The notes under the pieces: generated by a model | The model's input: the letters and a program-made list of their open reading frames with translations, nothing else | What the model was told of the DNA's origin: nothing | Databases searched by the model: none | Made by a program: the position numbers and the translations under genes | IMG/VR virus record: IMGVR_UViG_3300020469_003958 | Reading direction: 5' to 3' (one strand) | Source of the DNA: an uncultured virus (IMG/VR IMGVR_UViG_3300020469_003958) | Taxonomy: Duplodnaviria; Heunggongvirae; Uroviricota; Caudoviricetes | Length of the DNA: 64,000 nucleotides | Shown here: piece by piece, positions 1-8,618 of the stretch | How the letters are laid out: each line of letters begins with the position of its first letter | How positions within the stretch are numbered: position 1 is the first letter of the stretch

Positions 1-1052
1 GCGTTGTTATATTCAGTTGATAGAGATACTAAGAAATTACCAAAATCTTTGGTATCTAACTTACCTCTATATTCAGCTACTTGTTCCGATGCTTCAACAT
101 CAATAACGTGAGCAGCAGAGTAATCCGAAGAATCACCTCTAGCAACATCCGCTACAACTATATAAGTTTTTGTATAATCAGGAAATTGCCATTTCCATAA
201 GTTTCCGTCAAAACCACCCCTTTCAACTGGTTCTTGTACATAAGTTTCTTTGTAAAATTGAAGTATTTGTGGGTCAATAACCGAATCACCAGAAGATACA
301 AAATCACAATCACATTCTTGTGCTGCTCCTTTTGGTCCTAATAGAGTTTCTTGCTCATCTCTCCAACTTTGGTCTCTTTCGGGATGAACACTCCAATGTA
401 ATCTAATATTATTAAATCCATTTGTACCATCTTCAGAACCTACCCAAGTTTTGTGAAAGAAGTTACCTACACCATTTGGAGTAGATAAAATAATTGCATT
501 ACCACCCGTTGATAATGTAGATTGAGCCGATACCCAAATCTCTTCAATCTTATCAATGAATGCCGCTTCATCAAATACCAAAAGGGATAATGCTTCAGAA
601 CGTCCAGCATCTCCAGCAGCTGAAGTTGCTTTTATTTGGGAACCATTTGAATATCTTAAAGATAGTTTGTTATCTTCAACTGTTGTTAGTTTTAACCAAG
701 ATGGTAGATAGTGATTCATTACCCTAACCTTAGTTACTAAGTTCTTTGCTACTTCTTGCTTTGTTGCAATTACCAAACAATTAAAATCATCATTGAATAA
801 CATTTTCCACAAAGAAAATCCTGCAGTTAATGTTGATATACCAGTTTGTCTGGATTTAAGAATAACATTATATCTATGATTTTTAAAATCAACTAATGTT
901 TCTTCTTGAAAAGGATATAAGTGAAAAGGAATCTTACCCCTAACAGGATGTTGAATCATACAATACTTTCGCATGAAGTAAATAGGGTCAGATGCACACT
1001 TTTTGTACTCTACCGCTATAATTTCTTTTAATGATGCCTTTTTTTTAGCCAA
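1..1052 (-). CDS. terL: Terminase large subunit (T4 gp17-like), 3' end runs off the window
   Basis: Not in ORF track; translated by hand from TTG at 1052: MAKKKASLKEII..YKKCASDPIYF..LYPFQ..ILKSRQTGIST (Walker A)..LLVFDEAAFI (Walker B)..STPNG..VADVARG..DYS (nuclease). Confidence 0.93.
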   Translation of the reverse strand, partial: MAKKKASLKEIIAVEYKKCASDPIYFMRKYCMIQHPVRGKIPFHLYPFQEETLVDFKNHRYNVILKSRQTGISTLTAGFSLWKMLFNDDFNCLVIATKQEVAKNLVTKVRVMNHYLPSWLKLTTVEDNKLSLRYSNGSQIKATSAAGDAGRSEALSLLVFDEAAFIDKIEEIWVSAQSTLSTGGNAIILSTPNGVGNFFHKTWVGSEDGTNGFNNIRLHWSVHPERDQSWRDEQETLLGPKGAAQECDCDFVSSGDSVIDPQILQFYKETYVQEPVERGGFDGNLWKWQFPDYTKTYIVVADVARGDSSDYSAAHVIDVEASEQVAEYRGKLDTKDFGNFLVSLSTEYNN

Positions 1053-1059
1053 ACTAAAT

Positions 1060-1743
1060 TTATTTTTTTCCTATCTTCCAATACATACCACCAGTAATAA
1101 ATGGTGCTAATTGTGAGGTATTAGAGTTATTCTGAATACCTAAACCTAATTGAAATAAATTATTCTTTTTATTTTTTAGGATTAACCCAGCTCCAACATT
1201 ACTGATTATATCTTCTTTGTTGAAACCACCATTTAATCCCCAATAAAATTCATTCTTTGGTAATTCTTTCACAATCGTTGTATTATAAACAGTTGGTATC
1301 TTAAAAAACCAATCTATTTCTCTAGATTCAATTGAGTTTTGTGAAATGACATCAGTTAGAATACCAAAGCCTAAATCTCCATTTGGTTTGTTACCTAATG
1401 AATCAGTAACTACATCTGGGAAATCATATGTTAAATTTAATGTATCTTTAACTGTTACTTTTGAAAAGTAATCTTTGATAATTGCAAGTGAATCTACATC
1501 TACTGGTATCTCCACTTCTTTAATTACTTCTTTTGTAATATACTTTGGTACATACTTTGTTACCTTAACTTCTTTTTCTACATATATGGTATCTGTTTTT
1601 TGTTCTAACAGTTCGTAATCTTTACCATCTACGTTTATTATTTCTTTTTCTTCTTCTTCACCACCACAACTTCTTAATAACAATACCACACATAGTGCCA
1701 TTATCATTATTGTTTTTAAATCAAATTTCTTTAACAAGTTCAT
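1060..1743 (-). CDS. Membrane-anchored/lipoprotein with C-terminal amphipathic beta strands (possible spanin-like protein)
   Basis: Hydrophobic N-terminus ending LLLRSC; C-terminus EFYWGLNGG..VGAGLIL..FQLGLGI..ITGGMYWKI. Confidence 0.45.
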   Translation of the reverse strand: MNLLKKFDLKTIMIMALCVVLLLRSCGGEEEEKEIINVDGKDYELLEQKTDTIYVEKEVKVTKYVPKYITKEVIKEVEIPVDVDSLAIIKDYFSKVTVKDTLNLTYDFPDVVTDSLGNKPNGDLGFGILTDVISQNSIESREIDWFFKIPTVYNTTIVKELPKNEFYWGLNGGFNKEDIISNVGAGLILKNKKNNLFQLGLGIQNNSNTSQLAPFITGGMYWKIGKK

Positions 1744-2392
1744 AATTCATAGGTTTTAACTTTTCGTAGGCAGCATTTCTTTTTTCTATAACATCGATAA
1801 GTTCTTTTCTACCATTATCAATATCAGCTTCTATTTGTTTTTTTAGATTTTGAACATCTTCGTTTGATGACCACTTTTCAATAGAACCATCATCATTTAC
1901 ATATTTATGAATATTAGTAACTTCATTTAATGCTTGGTTCCATTTTTCTAAAACATCGGTTCCATATGCTGCCATATTAGAGTATATCTTATAATCCTCA
2001 TACTCTTTCCATAATCCATCGACTTTTATTTGCGTTTCTCTTTCAGCTAAACAAGTTGCACAAAATCCAGTTTTATTTATTAATTTTTTATCTGCGGCTG
2101 AATACTTTTTGTTTTTGCTATCATCTCCCTTACACTTAGTTTGTTCTGCTAAGTATTTTCTTACTTTACTAAGTTCATTAGATAATTTAGATTGTTTTAC
2201 CTTACCATATGATTTTTGCTCATAAACAACACCATTTTCTTCCCAAATATCACCAACTTCTCGTTTTGTTGTTTCTTTGATATCCGATAAAGATATTTGA
2301 CTATCTTTTTGGTATTCACCGGTTTGAATCATATTTACCAACTTTCTACGAGTTGGGTGCATATATTTTTTATTGAATTTTTTCTCAGCCAT
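1721..2392 (-). CDS. Hypothetical protein
   Basis: 223-aa ORF in gene-dense context; late-type motif at 2418-2425; CxxC motif. Confidence 0.7.
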   Translation of the reverse strand: MAEKKFNKKYMHPTRRKLVNMIQTGEYQKDSQISLSDIKETTKREVGDIWEENGVVYEQKSYGKVKQSKLSNELSKVRKYLAEQTKCKGDDSKNKKYSAADKKLINKTGFCATCLAERETQIKVDGLWKEYEDYKIYSNMAAYGTDVLEKWNQALNEVTNIHKYVNDDGSIEKWSSNEDVQNLKKQIEADIDNGRKELIDVIEKRNAAYEKLKPMNYELVKEI

Positions 2393-2437
2393 ATTTTGTA
2401 ACTTATATATTCATATATATAAGTATTGGGTTTTTTA

Positions 2438-5400
2438 CTATTCGTAAAATAAACCGAGTATTTGATTAAGGGGTGCAAATGTTCCTGTTAGTTTGAAAGT
2501 CTTTCCACCATATACAAATACGATTCCTTCGTTTGGAACTATTTTATTCTTTCCTCCGATAGAAGTTAATCTTTCCAATTCTAATTTTAGTTTTTTTACT
2601 TTCTTAACATCACCTAATTTTTGAACATCTTTTATTGTCTTGTCCAATCTTTTTTTCATATCCCTAACTGCCTTATCAGGATTTACAGTTAGTGCTGAAC
2701 TCATAAATGAAAGTACTTCAGCCCCTAAACCTAAGAAGATATTTTCAAATGGTCTTATATTATCCTTAGCCATCTTAGCGTGGTCATTCTTATCAATTCC
2801 CTTTGCCCATTCTAATGTTTTTTCATCAGATAAATTTTTCTTATCCAATCTAAATGATTTATCGTAGAATGCCCATCTCTTAACTAACCCCATTAGAGTT
2901 TTGTTATCTAATTTAGATGGTGATTTCTTATTTACAAAATCCATCCAAAAAGCTTGATGGTAATCAGCGATTCCATCATTATCTTTTAATTTAAATTTCT
3001 TTTGTAATTTTGATATTTGTGAATTATACTTTCCTTTAGTTGATGAAAGATTTTTTGATTTTGGTAATTGAACAACTGGTGGTCCTTGAATCGTATATGC
3101 TGATTGGACTTGTTGATTAACTTGTTTAATCATACCAGCTAATATTCTTGCGGCGTCTTGGTTTTCACCAATAGCAACACCATCTTCATTATACTCCATT
3201 GTTCCGTGGAATACTAATAGTGCTTGTCCGTAAGGTATTACATTAACAGAAGTTGGATAGATTACCTCCAAATTCATAAAACATGCTCCTCCTTTGAAAA
3301 TCTTATCTCTCTGCTTTTCACTCAACTTAGATATTGCCTTCGTTAAATCTTTCATTGCGAAGTTATACGCCTTTTCCAATTCTCCTCTTCCAGCAAACTT
3401 CACAGCCACCCCATTAATATCTAATGCACCTTCTCCTTTGTTTTTCAAATGTCCTTTATTTCTCGCTGCAACCAATCTCCCATCTCTCCAACTAACTGCC
3501 AATGCTTGTCCATCTGTTTTTTCTCTAGTGAGTTCTAAATTACCCTCTAAAGCTTTTTGTACTATATCTTTTAATTGTCCAAAAGTTAAATTGATTTCTG
3601 TATCGAATGGGTGATTCATATGTCCATAAGCACCTCCTTCCAAAATCAATGATTCAGTAATACCACCACCTAATGCGTATGGTTCATTATACTGAAGTTT
3701 TTCTTTATCAAATTTCTTTCTTAGTTTTTTGATTTCTTTTTCATGTTTATCCATCCACTTTTGGTCTGGATATCCATGCCCTAATCCTTCTTTAACTCTT
3801 TTATCCTTTATTAACATCTTTAATAATTCACCACCCTTACCTTTGATATCTTTATGTACCATTCTTGAAGTTGGGCCTTGAAATAATTTGATGTAAAGTT
3901 TTTCTAAGTATTCACCCTTTTGTTTATCTGATAGATTCTTAAATACTTTACTTATTTCTCCTCTTCTTTTGTAAACATATGATTTTAAATCATCATAGTA
4001 AAAGGAGTTGATTTTTTCAGTTACAGGTTCGTAACCTTTTTTCTTAGTATTTTTATCGTTTGCTTGATGACCGGGGCTTTTACCATCATCATCAAAATCA
4101 ATTGTATCTGGCTCAGCCATTGAACCTCTCTTTGCATATGATGAATATGTATGGTGGTCATTGAAATCCTTTTCAGCTTCTGAAGAAGGTTTACCACTTT
4201 TTACAGCTTTAAACTTATCAGTAACTTTAGTTGGTAATGATTCAAATTTATATTCTGGGTCTGATGTTTTAAAATCATCCTTTCTCATTATGGTTTTAGC
4301 GATTACTTTATTCGCTTGTTTCATAAATGGAATATTGATTTTACTTCTACTATCTTTTGCTACAATCTGTCCATATAAATCTAAGAAGTTTACAAAATCT
4401 TTTTTCTTCTTTCCTAATCTTTTAAAGAATCCAATTAATTCAGCTTGTGATATTTCTTTTTTATTTCTTGGGTCAGTTAACCTATCGAAGAAATGTTTAT
4501 CAGTTAGAACTATATCTACTGGATTAAGTTGTTTATCAGCATACTTATCAATCTTCACCAAATCAGCCATTGGGATTTCATTAACAGTACCTTCTTTAAC
4601 AATTCTAAAGTTTACTACCTTTCTACCATTTATAGTTGGCATCCCATGCTCATCTTTACCAATTGTTTTGATGATTGTTTTTTTGTTTTTAAATCTACCA
4701 GTTAGAATTGTATCTCCTATTTTTACTGGAAGTTTTATATCTTCACTTACCACATTACCTTGTGGTTTCTTTTCGTTAGATAAATCTTTAGTTGATTGTT
4801 TTTTATCATCCTTTAATTCATCAAAATTTATTATAGAATACCCTACCAATCCAGCAATTCTAGTTACATGTCTAAACCATTTATTATAAGCATCAGTACC
4901 ATAAAAATCCTTTTGGTTAGTTGCGGTTGTTTTACCAGCAACACCTGCGGGATATGGAGTTACTGCTTTTACAGGTCCTTCAGGATAAATTGGATGTGGG
5001 TCTATATCAGTAAGTTCATCACTCATAATTTGTGATAAAACAGTATATCCTACCGCCTCTGCTCTTTTCTTAGAAACTCTATCGAATGTATTATAATTTG
5101 GAAAAATATAATTAGGTCCATCATCAACTGCAGTTTTACCCATAGTGGCTGATGCCTCCTTAATTAAATCATTTCCATAACTAATTAACCAATTTTCTAA
5201 TACTTCTTTTGAAATAGTAAAATCTTCGTTTAATGTATTTGTTATAAAATCAAATATCTTTTTATCAAACTTTGGATATGCTCTTTTTGTAAAAAAGTTT
5301 TTCTTATCTTCTTCTGAACCTGATGATAATCCCTTACGAACTTCAGTTCCACTTACACCACCAGCACCTTCAGGTGCTACATAAACGTATCCCTTATCTT

Positions 5401-5827
5401 CATATCCTTCGAAATCTAAGTTATCTTTGTAAGGGGTAAAGAACTTACCTCTACTACCTAATCTACCAGCATCTTTCTTACCCACAACAGTAATGAATGC
5501 AGTTGTATCTTTATCAAACTTCGTTAGTACCTCAGTTGGTACATACGGATTTTTTACTTGAACAATTTTGTTTTTTGGAATCCCAAACATTTTGGTAATA
5601 ATCATTACCTTTTCTTTGAAGTTGAATGGGGATTTATTATTATCGGTTTTATTGGATGTACCGATATACACATTATTCTTTCCGAACTTTTTTACTAAGT
5701 GGGAATAGGTTGCGTAATGACCTTTATGAAAAGGTTGAAAGCGGCCAGCATAGACTACAACTTTGTTGTCTACACCCTCCGCTTCTCCTAAAATACTTTC
5801 TATTAAGAATTGAGATAATTCGTTCAT
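2438..5827 (-). CDS. Multidomain protein: N-terminal HIGH-family nucleotidyltransferase plus C-terminal RNA-ligase-like domain; probable head-packaged protein
   Basis: AGRFQPFHKGH and VSGTEVR (HIGH NTase); EKTDG, NLEVIY, LVFHG, EGIVF, FKLTG resemble ligase motifs I-V; [LIV]xE sites between domains. Confidence 0.7.
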   Translation of the reverse strand: MNELSQFLIESILGEAEGVDNKVVVYAGRFQPFHKGHYATYSHLVKKFGKNNVYIGTSNKTDNNKSPFNFKEKVMIITKMFGIPKNKIVQVKNPYVPTEVLTKFDKDTTAFITVVGKKDAGRLGSRGKFFTPYKDNLDFEGYEDKGYVYVAPEGAGGVSGTEVRKGLSSGSEEDKKNFFTKRAYPKFDKKIFDFITNTLNEDFTISKEVLENWLISYGNDLIKEASATMGKTAVDDGPNYIFPNYNTFDRVSKKRAEAVGYTVLSQIMSDELTDIDPHPIYPEGPVKAVTPYPAGVAGKTTATNQKDFYGTDAYNKWFRHVTRIAGLVGYSIINFDELKDDKKQSTKDLSNEKKPQGNVVSEDIKLPVKIGDTILTGRFKNKKTIIKTIGKDEHGMPTINGRKVVNFRIVKEGTVNEIPMADLVKIDKYADKQLNPVDIVLTDKHFFDRLTDPRNKKEISQAELIGFFKRLGKKKKDFVNFLDLYGQIVAKDSRSKINIPFMKQANKVIAKTIMRKDDFKTSDPEYKFESLPTKVTDKFKAVKSGKPSSEAEKDFNDHHTYSSYAKRGSMAEPDTIDFDDDGKSPGHQANDKNTKKKGYEPVTEKINSFYYDDLKSYVYKRRGEISKVFKNLSDKQKGEYLEKLYIKLFQGPTSRMVHKDIKGKGGELLKMLIKDKRVKEGLGHGYPDQKWMDKHEKEIKKLRKKFDKEKLQYNEPYALGGGITESLILEGGAYGHMNHPFDTEINLTFGQLKDIVQKALEGNLELTREKTDGQALAVSWRDGRLVAARNKGHLKNKGEGALDINGVAVKFAGRGELEKAYNFAMKDLTKAISKLSEKQRDKIFKGGACFMNLEVIYPTSVNVIPYGQALLVFHGTMEYNEDGVAIGENQDAARILAGMIKQVNQQVQSAYTIQGPPVVQLPKSKNLSSTKGKYNSQISKLQKKFKLKDNDGIADYHQAFWMDFVNKKSPSKLDNKTLMGLVKRWAFYDKSFRLDKKNLSDEKTLEWAKGIDKNDHAKMAKDNIRPFENIFLGLGAEVLSFMSSALTVNPDKAVRDMKKRLDKTIKDVQKLGDVKKVKKLKLELERLTSIGGKNKIVPNEGIVFVYGGKTFKLTGTFAPLNQILGLFYE

Positions 5828-5885
5828 CTGATATAGTACTATTTCCTTTGTACTATATAAATATAGAATTTATTACTTTTACCAA

Positions 5886-6290
5886 TTATACTTTAACAAA
5901 TGGAGAATCTACAACTTCACCACCGTCAACGCCGTTGTTTCCACCTCGTCCACCTTGTTGTGCCTGTTGTTCCATTTGTTCTTTAATAGCTGGGTTATAA
6001 GTAACTGTACCCTTTTCTAAATCTAATTGACCTCTTGGGTAATCTCTTTCTAACTTATTCAACTCTTTTCTAAGCTCAGCGTTAACTTCTTTGAAGTTAG
6101 TTTCAGCTTGAGTGAATGCCTCATCAATTCTTTCTAAATCAGAATGTAATTGATTTTTTCTAATATGCAACTCACCAATTTGACCCATTAGTTGTTGTAA
6201 CTGTCCATTATATCCTTTGATTTCTTTGACCTTATCTTCTGATAATTCAGCCGTTCTTAAATCAATCGATGTTTTTTGTTCTTTTGCCAT
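5886..6290 (-). CDS. Coiled-coil hypothetical protein, paralog of 10859..11137
   Basis: Heptad pattern followed by YPRGQLDLEKGTVT. Confidence 0.7.
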   Translation of the reverse strand: MAKEQKTSIDLRTAELSEDKVKEIKGYNGQLQQLMGQIGELHIRKNQLHSDLERIDEAFTQAETNFKEVNAELRKELNKLERDYPRGQLDLEKGTVTYNPAIKEQMEQQAQQGGRGGNNGVDGGEVVDSPFVKV

Positions 6291-6340
6291 ATGACTATAA
6301 ATTAATTAATTTGTTTTGAATTCGTATATAAATATATAAA

Positions 6341-7096
6341 TTATAAGTTTTCGTAATCTATTGTTGTAACACCTCTCTTTTGTACTACTTGTGCTGAACA
6401 ACGATTTCCGAACTGTATTGATTTTGGAATATCATCAGTATCTAATAACATTTTAACAAACCCTGCTACAAATGTATCACCAGCTCCTGAGATATCCATT
6501 ATCTCTACTTTTTCGGTTGGATATGATATACCTTTGTACATACATCCATCCTTATCTAATGTAATTATTAGCTTTTCTAAAATCCAATCGTTTTTTTCAA
6601 TAAATTCTTTATTATTTTCAAACTCTGAACGATTTAGTTTTATGAATCGTAAATCCTTACACCAATTACCCAATTGCTTCTTTGTATCACAAATTACATT
6701 TGGATGTTTGAATCCGATATATGCTATATCTTCTTCGGTTAGGAATCCCTTATTGTAATCAGAAACTACAATCATTTGGTATTCCCAATAATCTATATCG
6801 GTAAGTAGTTTGTTACCTATCCTATCGATATTTTTTTCTTCATCAATTCTTAATAATAAAGTGTTTGATGATTCGTGAATATGTCTTGTCTTTGTAATGG
6901 GAGATTTTTGATGATGAAAATCCACATCAATACTCAATGATGTTAAGTTAGCTAATACATTCATTCCCATTCCACCATTGAAAACTTCTCTTTTTGGAAT
7001 AAATACAGGAGCAGGTCCTTCGGGTGAAAGACGGGGTGTATCTCCATAAATGAAGATATCATCACATTGTTCTCCTATTAATAAAACTTTACTCAT
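6341..7096 (-). CDS. rfaE1: Heptose-7-phosphate kinase (HldE/RfaE domain I, PfkB family)
   Basis: RLSPEGPAPV, GGMGMNV, KTR, LLRID, SDYNKG, DISGAGDTF. Confidence 0.85.
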   Translation of the reverse strand: MSKVLLIGEQCDDIFIYGDTPRLSPEGPAPVFIPKREVFNGGMGMNVLANLTSLSIDVDFHHQKSPITKTRHIHESSNTLLLRIDEEKNIDRIGNKLLTDIDYWEYQMIVVSDYNKGFLTEEDIAYIGFKHPNVICDTKKQLGNWCKDLRFIKLNRSEFENNKEFIEKNDWILEKLIITLDKDGCMYKGISYPTEKVEIMDISGAGDTFVAGFVKMLLDTDDIPKSIQFGNRCSAQVVQKRGVTTIDYENL

Positions 7097-7472
7097 CTAA
7101 TAATCCAGTTGTTGAGAATCCTTCTACTTTAGGGAAGTATTCTATTTTCTTAGCATGTTTTCTACCAATAATACCTTTCGTTTTGTATTCTTCTCCAATT
7201 ACAAAAATATCTGGTTGGTATTCTTTTATAGCATCAGATAATTCTTTATCGGTATCAAATACCACAATACCATTAACTCCATTAATTTGAAGTAGATTAT
7301 ATATTCTTTGTTTTTCATTATGAAAAGGTCTATTATCTCCCTTTGATTCTTTTACTCTTCTATCAGAATCAATTCCTATCATTAATTTTTCTCCCAATGA
7401 TTTTGCATGTGCAATTAATTGAAAGTGTCCGTGATGAAGAACATCGAAACAACCATTAATCCAAATCTTCAT
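7089..7472 (-). CDS. rfaE2: Heptose-1-phosphate nucleotidyltransferase (HldE/RfaE domain II)
   Basis: NGCFDVLHHGH, GIDSDRRVKESKGDNRP, C-terminal STT. Confidence 0.85.
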   Translation of the reverse strand: MKIWINGCFDVLHHGHFQLIAHAKSLGEKLMIGIDSDRRVKESKGDNRPFHNEKQRIYNLLQINGVNGIVVFDTDKELSDAIKEYQPDIFVIGEEYKTKGIIGRKHAKKIEYFPKVEGFSTTGLLDE

Positions 7473-8618
7473 TTATAAAAACTTTTTTAATTCACTTATT
7501 ACCATATCTGAAGTAATCTCCTTAGTACACTCAAATTGTCTGTTAGTACCCTTATGGTCAGGACACCAATCCCAATCACCAGCATCTAATCCTAATCGGT
7601 TAAAACATCCACTACACTTTCCTTTAGGTGAACCGATTCTTACACAATCTTTCATTTCTGCCCAAAGCTCTGAGAATCCACTAATCAAAACTGTCTTTGT
7701 TCCTAACGCCCAACTTAACCAACTCAATCCACTACCAATACCAATGAATGCTTTTGATTTAGCCATTTCATCCATAACTGATTCTAATGGTCCTTCTGGG
7801 TGTTTTATTATTCCCTTTGGGTGTGTGTTACCCATATAGTTATCACCCTCTTTTGAAAGTAATTTAACTTTATAGCCTTTATCATTTAACCAATCTACTA
7901 CATCCTGCCAACCAGTTGGGTTGTTCCAATATTTTGGTTGAGCAGTTCCATGTATTGCTATTGTGATTAGTTTATCATCTTTCTCAACATTTCTATCTTT
8001 TAACTTTGGTTTTATTTCTTTATATTCCAATCCTAATATGTCAGTTGCCATTTTTTGCATAGTAACTTCTTTTGGGTCTGTTGGATTTTTAAAGTAATCA
8101 ATACTACCATCATTATAAAATAATCCCAAATTGTACATAGCATATAAATTAGGAACAACATCACCTGGCTTCACAAACTCAATATTAGGATATTGTTTTT
8201 TTAACATATCATTATGAAATGTAGATGTAACTATTTTACAATTATGTTGTTTACCAAACTCCTCAACATATGGAAACCATGCCAATGTATCTCCCAATGC
8301 TTTTGAATCTAGTGCAATATAAACTCGCTTATTAGTTGCATTATAATTTTTTTCAACTACAAGTTTATCGTTTTGCCAAACTCTAATTGTCCAATCTACG
8401 AAATATCTAATATTAGATTTAGCCCAATGATTTGTTTTTAGTTCAGTTTCATAATGTATAAAATTTGTTTTTTTATCTATAAATTCAACTCTATATGTTA
8501 AATTCTCTGAACCTAATATTTCAACACATGCACCATTTACATAATCTACTTTTACATAATCTTTTATTTCAACTATGTTATTATTATTTCTTTTTATATT
8601 ATCGTAAATCATTTCCAA
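7473..8618 (-). CDS. Autotransporter-type protein O-heptosyltransferase (TibC/Aah, BAHT family)
   Basis: ALGDTLAWFPY, QPKYWNNPTGW, FIGIGSGLSWLSWA, four-Cys finger CSGCFN..WCPDHKGT.RQFEC. Confidence 0.88.
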   Translation of the reverse strand: MEMIYDNIKRNNNNIVEIKDYVKVDYVNGACVEILGSENLTYRVEFIDKKTNFIHYETELKTNHWAKSNIRYFVDWTIRVWQNDKLVVEKNYNATNKRVYIALDSKALGDTLAWFPYVEEFGKQHNCKIVTSTFHNDMLKKQYPNIEFVKPGDVVPNLYAMYNLGLFYNDGSIDYFKNPTDPKEVTMQKMATDILGLEYKEIKPKLKDRNVEKDDKLITIAIHGTAQPKYWNNPTGWQDVVDWLNDKGYKVKLLSKEGDNYMGNTHPKGIIKHPEGPLESVMDEMAKSKAFIGIGSGLSWLSWALGTKTVLISGFSELWAEMKDCVRIGSPKGKCSGCFNRLGLDAGDWDWCPDHKGTNRQFECTKEITSDMVISELKKFL

